This document shows positions 24,014 to 29,739 of a DNA stretch of 32,000 nucleotides, piece after piece. Every line of letters begins with the position of its first letter. The first letter of the stretch is position 1. The translations under genes were made by a program, and so were the position numbers. The stretch comes from Planctomycetales bacterium. Its GTDB lineage: Bacteria > 4484-113 > JAFGCY01. The stretch lies in NCBI GenBank assembly GCA_022646745.1, contig CP060262.1:2040001-2072000 (forward strand), read 5' to 3'. The notes below the pieces were generated by a model that made no database searches, was not told the origin of the DNA, and saw only the letters and a program-made list of their open reading frames with translations.

Positions 24014-27000
24014 TCAGCTGCGGCTGACCGAGTAGCGGAAGTCCATCCCGTCCACCTCGGTCTCCAGTGCCGTACCGGCCGGCTCGCCGCGCTCGAGGCT
24101 GTCAGCCAGGGTCTCCTGCATCACGTAGTCGCGGTGCACCTCAAGCGCCGCCGCCACCTCATCCGTGGAGCTGTACACCACCTTGATGCGGTCCTGGTAG
24201 TCCAGGTCGAGCGTCTTGCGCTGGCCCTGCAGGCGGTTGACAACCTCGCGCGCGAGGCCCTCCTTGCGCAGCTCATCGCTGATCTGTGTGTCCAGCACCA
24301 GAAGCAGGTTGCCATCGCGCTCGCAGACCGTGTCCGGCTTCTGCTCGAGGTGTACCTCGAAGCAGCTCTCGTCAATCACGAAGGTCTCGCCGCCAAGCTC
24401 GAACTCGACCCAGTTGAGCATCTGCCCGCTGCGGTCCAGCGCTTCCCGCGGGAAGTCACGGTGCGCCTCAAGCTGCGCGGTGATCTCCGCCGCATTGCCG
24501 GCGATCCAGTTGGCGACATCCTTGGCGGACTTGCCGAACAAGGGCCCGAGCTGGCGGAAGGCAGGTTTGTAGCTGTAGGAGACGTACTCCGTCTCATCCT
24601 CGGCCCACTCCAGCTGCTTGATGTTGAGCTCCTCATGCATGATGCCCAGGTAGCGCTCGATCGCCGGCTTGAGGTCCTCGTCGTGCGTGATCAGCGTGGC
24701 GCGGCTGAGCGGCTGGCGCACTCGCACCCCACTGGCCTTGCGGGCGGCATGCCCGAGGCTGACACTGCGGCGCACCTGGTCCATGCTGAACTCCAGCTCG
24801 TCGTCAGCCAGCTCCATGTCGGCCACGGGATAGCTGTCGAGGTGCACGCTCTGGGGCGCGTCGTCATTGAAGGGCAGCACCAGCTTCTGGTACAGCTCCT
24901 CTGCCAGGAATGGCGTGAAGGGCGCGACTGCGCGGCTCAAGGTGCAAAGCAGGTTGTACAGCGTCTGGTAGGCGGCCCACTTCTCGGTGTTCTTCTCGCC
25001 CTGCCAGAAGCGGCGCCGGCTGCGGCGCACGTACCAGTTGGTGGTGGCCTCCACCAGCTCCTCAAACTGCGCGGCAGCCTGGGTCAGCTCCAGGTTGTCA
25101 AGGTGGCGCGTGACGTTGTCAATGCAGCGGTTGAGCTTGATCGTGATCCAGCGGTCAAGGTCGGACAGCTCCTCCCAGGGCACGCTGTGCGCATTCGGGT
25201 CGTACTCGTCGATGTTGGCGTAGATCGTGAAGAAGCTGTACACGTTCCACAGCGGGATGATGAAGCGCTGCAGGCTCTCCACCACGCCGCTGTCACTGAA
25301 GCGCGCACCGCTGAACAGGTTGCCGCTGGAGTAGAAGTACCAGCGGAAGGCATCGGCACCGTGGCTGTTGATCACCTTCCAGGGATCCACCACGTTGCCA
25401 AGCCGCTTGCTCATTTTCTGGCCCTTCTCGTCGAGGATGTGGCCGAGCACGAGGCAGCTCTTGTAGCTGGGCTCGCCCTTGATGATCGTCGAGATCGCAT
25501 GCAGGGTGTAGAACCAGCCGCGGGTCTGGTCGACGGCCTCGGAGATGAAGTCCGCCGGGAACTGCCGGTGCTGGCCGTCGCCATCGATCAACTCACGGTT
25601 CTCGAAGGGGTAGTGGATCTGCGCGAAGGGCATGCTGCCGGCGTCGAACCAGGGGTCGAGGATGTAGCGCTCGCGCTCCTTCGTGCCCTTGCCGCACTCG
25701 CTGCATTCCCAGGTGAAGTCGTCGATGTAGGGCCGGTGCGGGTTGAACTGCGACTGGTCGTAGACATCCGTCACGTTGGCAAACCTGTCCGGGCAGCGCT
25801 CCTGCAGTTCGGCATAGCTGCCGAGGCATTCCTGGTGTCCGCAGGAGCTGCAGGTCCAGACCGGCAGCGGCGTGCCCCAGAAGCGGTCGCGCGACAGCGA
25901 CCAGTCCTTCACATCCTCCAGCCAGTTGCCGAAGCGGCCGTCGCGGATGTGCTCCGGCTGCCACCTGATCTTCTGGTTGTTGTCAATCAGCTCCTGCTGC
26001 AGCTCCGGCATGCGGATGAACCAGCTGTCCAGCGGGTAGCTCATCAGCGGCGCATCCGTGCGGTAGCAGTGCGGGTAGTTGTGTGCGTACTTCTGGCTCT
26101 TGAACAGCAGCCCGCGCTTCTTCAGGTCGGTGATCACGTCCGGGTCAACGTCCTTGAACCACTTGCCCGGTGCCAGCTTGACGCCCTCGACCGCGCGGCC
26201 CTCGGAGTTCATCGCGCACAGGATCGGCAGGTTCTCACGAAGGCCGATGCGGTAGTCGTCCTCACCGAAGGCCGGCGCGAGGTGCACGATGCCGGTTCCG
26301 TCCTCGAGCGTTACATAGGTGTCGGCCAGCACATGCCAGCCGTTCTTCATGCTCTGCTCGCGCAGCTGGCGCACGATGCTTTCGTTGTCACTTTCATTGC
26401 CCTGCGGCGCGGGGCGCACACCGCTCTCCTCCAGTTCACCGGGGGAGTAGCGGCGGATGTTGGGCACATCGTAGGCGAACAGGCGCTCGTAGGCCAGCCC
26501 GGCCAGCTCGCTGCCCTTCACGCGTGCCACGATGGGCTCGCTCTCCAGGCCGTTCTTGGCCAGCAGGCCCTCGGCCAGCACCAGGTGCTCCTGCACCTCG
26601 CGCGCCTTGTTGTACATGCTGACGACGACGTATTCGTAGTCCGGGTGCACGCAGAGCGCCACGTTGGACAGGAGCGTCCAGGGCGTGGTGGTCCACAGCA
26701 GCAGGTATGTGTTGTCACCGGCGGAGAAGTCGCCGATCCTCGTGCCCCGCGGCACATGTGCGCGCACGGTCACGCTCGGGTCCTTGACGGTCTGCCAGTT
26801 CTGCGCCACCTCGTGGCTGGACAGGCCGGTGCCGACCAGCGTGGAGTACCACTGGATCTTGTAGCCCTTGTACATCAGGCCGCGGTCGTGGATCTGCTTC
26901 AGCAGGTTCCAGACGCTCTCGACATACTTGTTCGTGAAGGTGAAGTAGGCGTTGTCATAGTCCAGCCAGAAGCCGATGCGGTTGGAGAGCTTGACCCACT

Positions 27001-27427
27001 CCGCCTCGTAGCGGCGCACGCTTTCGAAGCAGCGGCGGTTGAACTTCTCCATCCCGTAATTGAGGATGGCCTGCGGGCCGCTTTCGGTCATCTCGCCGCT
27101 TTCGATCAGCTCCTTCTCGACGGACAGCTCGACGGGCAGGCCATGGGTGTCCCAGCCGGCCTGGCGGCGCACGTAGTAGCCCTGCATGGTGCGGAAGCGC
27201 GGCAGGCAGTCCTTGATCACGCGCGTCAGCACGTGGCCGGGATGCGGCAGGGAGTTGGCCGTCGGCGGGCCCTCATAGAACACGAAGCTGCCCTGCGGCG
27301 CATCCTTCTCCAGGCTTTGCTGGAAGATCCGCTGGTCCTCCCAGAAGGACTGGATGGACTGCTCCATCGCCGGGAAGTTGTAGCTCGTGTCAACCTTCTC
27401 GAATCTGCTCTGTCGCTTGCTGGACAT
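24014..27427 (-). CDS. ileS: isoleucine--tRNA ligase, type 2 (long form)
   Basis: It has the HIGH-type motif PHPGHVLTRVIKD, the KMSKS motif KMSKRLGN, a CP1 editing domain and a Cys cluster (CSSCGH...CSECG). The N-terminus (FPAMEQSIQSFWEDQRIF) and the 1137-aa length fit the type-2 form. GGAG lies 9 nt upstream of the ATG. Confidence 0.95.
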   Translation of the reverse strand: MSSKRQSRFEKVDTSYNFPAMEQSIQSFWEDQRIFQQSLEKDAPQGSFVFYEGPPTANSLPHPGHVLTRVIKDCLPRFRTMQGYYVRRQAGWDTHGLPVELSVEKELIESGEMTESGPQAILNYGMEKFNRRCFESVRRYEAEWVKLSNRIGFWLDYDNAYFTFTNKYVESVWNLLKQIHDRGLMYKGYKIQWYSTLVGTGLSSHEVAQNWQTVKDPSVTVRAHVPRGTRIGDFSAGDNTYLLLWTTTPWTLLSNVALCVHPDYEYVVVSMYNKAREVQEHLVLAEGLLAKNGLESEPIVARVKGSELAGLAYERLFAYDVPNIRRYSPGELEESGVRPAPQGNESDNESIVRQLREQSMKNGWHVLADTYVTLEDGTGIVHLAPAFGEDDYRIGLRENLPILCAMNSEGRAVEGVKLAPGKWFKDVDPDVITDLKKRGLLFKSQKYAHNYPHCYRTDAPLMSYPLDSWFIRMPELQQELIDNNQKIRWQPEHIRDGRFGNWLEDVKDWSLSRDRFWGTPLPVWTCSSCGHQECLGSYAELQERCPDRFANVTDVYDQSQFNPHRPYIDDFTWECSECGKGTKERERYILDPWFDAGSMPFAQIHYPFENRELIDGDGQHRQFPADFISEAVDQTRGWFYTLHAISTIIKGEPSYKSCLVLGHILDEKGQKMSKRLGNVVDPWKVINSHGADAFRWYFYSSGNLFSGARFSDSGVVESLQRFIIPLWNVYSFFTIYANIDEYDPNAHSVPWEELSDLDRWITIKLNRCIDNVTRHLDNLELTQAAAQFEELVEATTNWYVRRSRRRFWQGEKNTEKWAAYQTLYNLLCTLSRAVAPFTPFLAEELYQKLVLPFNDDAPQSVHLDSYPVADMELADDELEFSMDQVRRSVSLGHAARKASGVRVRQPLSRATLITHDEDLKPAIERYLGIMHEELNIKQLEWAEDETEYVSYSYKPAFRQLGPLFGKSAKDVANWIAGNAAEITAQLEAHRDFPREALDRSGQMLNWVEFELGGETFVIDESCFEVHLEQKPDTVCERDGNLLLVLDTQISDELRKEGLAREVVNRLQGQRKTLDLDYQDRIKVVYSSTDEVAAALEVHRDYVMQETLADSLERGEPAGTALETEVDGMDFRYSVSRS

Positions 27428-27468
27428 TTACGATTACTCCACGTCACGCCCTGCGGCGGGACTGAATG

Positions 27469-27495
27469 AAAAAGCCCCCCGGAAATCCGAGGGGC
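27469..27495 (-). terminator. rho-independent terminator / attenuator between tRNA-Leu and ileS
   Basis: The minus strand reads GCCCCTCGG-ATTT-CCGGGGGGC followed by TTTTT. The stem is 9 bp with one G-U pair. It ends 41 nt upstream of the ileS ATG. Confidence 0.6.
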
Positions 27496-27504
27496 CTGAT
27501 GATT

Positions 27505-27578
27505 CTGATGTTGTGACGCACAGAACATCAGCCCCCAAGGGGGCGGATAATCTCGACTGTCATCGCTATTCTGTACAT
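27505..27578 (-). promoter_or_regulatory. candidate ileS leader: 16-codon Ile-containing ORF plus two hairpins
   Basis: The minus-strand ORF at 27578-27528 encodes MYRIAMTVEIIRPLGG, with Ile codons ATA, ATT and ATC. It is followed by GCCCCC-TT-GGGGGC (27544-27531) and CTGATGTT-N11-AACATCAG (27531-27505). Details are in the findings. Confidence 0.3.
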
Positions 27579-27608
27579 CTTCCTTCAGTGCGTCCCCGGA
27601 AATGAACC

Positions 27609-27690
27609 TGCCGGGAACCGGACTCGAACCGGTACGGGTTACCCCGGGAGATTTTAAGTCTCCTGCGTCTGCCAATTCCGCCATCCCGGC
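27609..27690 (-). tRNA. tRNA-Leu (anticodon UAA)
   Basis: The minus strand folds as a type-II cloverleaf. The acceptor is GCCGGGA/TCCCGGC with discriminator A, and the D-stem is 3 bp. The anticodon stem GGAGA/TCTCC carries loop CTTAAAA, there is a long variable arm, and the T-arm is ACCGG-TTCGAGT-CCGGT. No CCA is encoded. Confidence 0.9.
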
Positions 27691-27735
27691 GGCTGGGCGT
27701 CCTGCCCTGGCTGCATCTCCGGACTGACCCGTAGC

Positions 27736-28212
27736 CTAGCGGCCGCGGCGCTTCTTCGCCTTCTTCTTGTCTCCGCCGTTGCGCTTGCGCTCGATGTTGC
27801 GCTTGTTGTCCAGCAGGTTCTCCTCGCTGGAACGCTTGAAGCGCTTGAACATCATGTCAAACTCCATGCCGCGGGTGTTGTCGTCATAGAAGTTGAACTG
27901 CGGAGGCTCACCGAGGTATTCCACGGCGGGAAGGTGATTATGCTCACGCTCCTGCTTGGGCGGGCGGGTGTACTCCTGGTTTTCGGCCTGCTTGAGGGAA
28001 AGCTCAATCCTGCCGTCTTCCTTTACGGATAACACCTTGATCTTGACCTTCTGGTTCGGCTTGACCAGATTGTGGATGTCCTTGACGTAGTCGTCGCTGA
28101 TCTCACTGATGTGGATCAGGCCCTTGCGTCCGTCATCCAGCCAGACAAAGGCTCCGAAGTCCCGCACCTCTGCGATCCGACCTTGAATCACGTCATTGGC
28201 TGCGATACTCAT
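27736..28212 (-). CDS. S1 RNA-binding domain protein (YabR / general-stress-protein-13 like) with basic tail
   Basis: The S1 OB fold is GRIAEVRDFGAFVWLDDGRKGLIHISEISDDYVKDIHNLVKPNQKVKIKVLSVKEDGRIELSLKQ. The start is ATG 28212, preceded by AAGGAGGTG. The GTG at 28221 used by the track lies inside that SD. Confidence 0.85.
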   Translation of the reverse strand: MSIAANDVIQGRIAEVRDFGAFVWLDDGRKGLIHISEISDDYVKDIHNLVKPNQKVKIKVLSVKEDGRIELSLKQAENQEYTRPPKQEREHNHLPAVEYLGEPPQFNFYDDNTRGMEFDMMFKRFKRSSEENLLDNKRNIERKRNGGDKKKAKKRRGR

Positions 28213-28298
28213 GCTAATCACCTCCTTTTGCGCGCTGATTGCCTTTGCTCACACGAAACGGGAGTGCCCCGGTGCGGCGCAGTACTGCGCGAGCGAAG

Positions 28299-28307
28299 AT
28301 TCTACCA
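28299..28307 (-). promoter_or_regulatory. candidate extended -10 box TGGTAGAAT
   Basis: The minus strand reads tatGGTAGAAT, about 87 nt upstream of the S1-domain gene start and immediately downstream of the G-rich heptad array. Confidence 0.3.
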
Positions 28308-28315
28308 TAAATGGC

Positions 28316-28413
28316 GGGATGTGGGACGGGGGATGGGGGATGGGGGATGAGAAGGAGGGATCAGGGGCCAGGGACCGGGGTTCAGGTGGGATGGGGGAAG
28401 GAGGAGAGGAGGG
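28316..28413 (+). repeat. fourteen phased G-rich heptads (GGGATGN type)
   Basis: Units GGGATGT GGGACGG GGGATGG GGGATGG GGGATGA GAAGGAG GGATCAG GGGCCAG GGACCGG GGTTCAG GTGGGAT GGGGGAA GGAGGAG AGGAGGG. The array is followed by the hairpin GTCGATC-GCCG-GATCGAC (28413-28430). Confidence 0.85.
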
Positions 28414-28509
28414 TCGATCGCCGGATCGACCAGCGGAAGCCATTCCCAAGGAGTGGCATAGATTGGAAGTAGAAGCTTTTTTCCACAACGTACCACATTC
28501 GTCAGGTGC

Positions 28510-28538
28510 GAGCCACTACTGCTAAAGCAGGTAGCTCC
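28510..28538 (-). repeat. GGAGCTACC hairpin module (inverted copy)
   Basis: The plus strand reads GAGCCACTACTGCTAAAGCAGGTAGCTCC, the exact reverse complement of 14892-14920. Confidence 0.85.
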
Positions 28539-28608
28539 GATCTACGCATCCCACATCCCTCATCCTTCGTCCCTTCTGGTCCCCGGTCCCAGGTCCCTGT
28601 TCCCTGGA
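28539..28608 (-). repeat. ten phased heptads (G-rich on minus strand)
   Basis: The plus strand reads GATCTAC GCATCCC ACATCCC TCATCCT TCGTCCC TTCTGGT CCCCGGT CCCAGGT CCCTGTT CCCTGGA. On the minus strand the array runs in phase into the GGAGCTACC module. Confidence 0.8.
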
Positions 28609-29021
28609 TTTCACTGTGTCCCAATTACCCGGGCACAATTGTGTCTTTGTAAGCGGGCACAGTTCGGAAACAATATACGTGACGGTGGCACACTGTGCTT
28701 TCCCCGCCGGGTGGTGGGGCTGCAGGATGTACATACCTCTTGCACTTATCACCCCCTGTGGCCCGCCTTCGGTTCATCCGGATCCAGCGGAGGGGCACAG
28801 TTTACACCGTCATCACGGACAGCAGGCGCGGTGATGCTTCGGTCAGACGTCTTTCCTGACGGGCCGAATGAAGCTGGAGTGGACACGCACTGACCGCAAA
28901 AGCGATTACTGCATCTGCGCCCTGTCCGTGGCGTCCCCTGTCAGGGGACTTGCGGGTTATCCCGCAGGATAGTTGGATCGGGCCGGCTGACGGCCCCCTG
29001 GCACCGGAGCGCGACACGCCC

Positions 29022-29040
29022 GGAGGAAGCGAAAGCTTCC
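29022..29040 (+). repeat. isolated GGAG/GNRA hairpin
   Basis: GGAG GAAGC GAAA GCTTC C. It has the same GGAG-stem-GNRA-stem layout as the post-stop modules. Confidence 0.4.
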
Positions 29041-29139
29041 CCTTGCCGGAAACCGCCGCTTTGGGAAAGTGTGCCGGCAGCCAAGAGAACCGGTCGGATT
29101 ATGGATCCGGCCGGTTTCCGCTTTTCTGGCGGAGGTGCG

Positions 29140-29195
29140 GATCGGGTTTCGGGGATCCGGTTTCCGGTTTCGGGGAACGGGAACCTGGATCAGGG
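29140..29195 (+). repeat. eight phased heptads (NNNCNGG type)
   Basis: Units GATCGGG TTTCGGG GATCCGG TTTCCGG TTTCGGG GAACGGG AACCTGG ATCAGGG. The array is preceded by a truncated GGAGGTGCG (29131-29139) and runs in phase into the next module. Confidence 0.75.
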
Positions 29196-29198
29196 ATC

Positions 29199-29227
29199 GG
29201 AGGTGCGCAACTTGATTGCGCACAATG
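29199..29227 (+). repeat. GGAG/TGCGCA hairpin module (copy 4 of 4)
   Basis: GGAGGTGCGCAACTTGATTGCGCACAATG. Confidence 0.85.
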
Positions 29228-29631
29228 AAATGGTTGGCAAGGGCAGAAACAGAATGAGAAGCAGCTGGCCCTAGCTGCTGATTCCAGCAGCCTAACCACA
29301 AACCGTAGCGGCGCGCGCTTCGCTCGACTGGGAGTGCATGCTCCGAAGGATGCATGGCATACGGGATTGGCAATGAATGGAAAATCTCCGCGCCTCACTT
29401 CATACTCAGCGCCTCAGCGTCAACAAAACCAGACTGGCGAGCACGATGTCCCTCGCGCGACTGCGCGCCGAAGCGTCTCGCCTGCGCTCGGGCAAATACG
29501 AGCAGTGCTCGACGGTTTTATTGGCGCAGAGGCGCAGAGGAATATGGAGGCGCAGAGGAATACTGCAAGTGGGTTGGCAACATGCCCTCACTCACGATAC
29601 GCGTTGCGCAAGATGTTGCCACTCGCGTGCT

Positions 29632-29660
29632 GGCGTCGCGGGGCGCCGCCGCTACACGTT
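29632..29660 (-). repeat. degenerate GTAGCGGCGGCG hairpin module
   Basis: The minus strand reads AACGTGTAGCGGCGGCGCCCCGCGACGCC, which resembles AACAGTAGCAGCGGCGTCCCCGCCGCTG at 14971-14999. Confidence 0.4.
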
Positions 29661-29702
29661 CTACTGACCACTGACCACTGACTACTGCCCACTGACCACT
29701 GT
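29661..29702 (-). repeat. six phased heptads (CAGTGGN type, minus orientation)
   Basis: The minus strand reads ACAGTGG TCAGTGG GCAGTAG TCAGTGG TCAGTGG TCAGTAG. Confidence 0.85.
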
Positions 29703-29703
29703 T

Positions 29704-29739
29704 GCCAAGCTTACAGCTTGGCCTTCGCGCCTGGCCTCC
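29704..29739 (-). repeat. post-stop GGAGGCCAG module with alternative hairpin
   Basis: Directly after the polB stop the minus strand reads TAG GGAGGCCAGGCGCGAAG GCCAAGCT-GTA-AGCTTGGC AACAGTGG. It has the same GGAGGCCAG head and GGCAACAGTGG tail as 9437 and 11348. Confidence 0.65.

Noticed and set aside
23063-27469. 1468-aa plus-strand ORF, the longest in the window
   Set aside because: It is exactly antisense to ileS, whose identity is unambiguous. Its product is A/R/L/G/H/V-rich with no recognisable domain. This is a typical stop-free shadow frame in GC-rich DNA.
27428-27608. T-box riboswitch upstream of ileS
   Set aside because: There is no T-box sequence (AANNNGGGTGGTACCGCG-like) and no Stem I/specifier architecture. 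The leader is also too short for a T-box.
28609-29130. RNase P RNA, tmRNA, SRP RNA or a cobalamin riboswitch in the long non-coding gap
   Set aside because: I read both strands for the diagnostic motifs and found none in the right order. The motifs were GAGGAAAGTCCGGGC and ACAGAACCCGGCTTA for RNase P, and GGGG...GGATTCGAC with a tRNA-like 3' end and ALAA-type tag for tmRNA. They also included GGTCCGGAAGGAAGCAGCC for SRP RNA and the GCCACTG B12 box. Only weak partial matches were seen, for example GTCAGGAAAGACG.
28802-29373. Small ORFs in the 1.5-kb gap (28802-29017 minus, 28957-29373 minus, 28950-29228 plus)
   Set aside because: Their composition is R/P/G/A/S-rich. There is no SD or plausible start context, and they overlap the repeat modules. 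They are not supported as genes.
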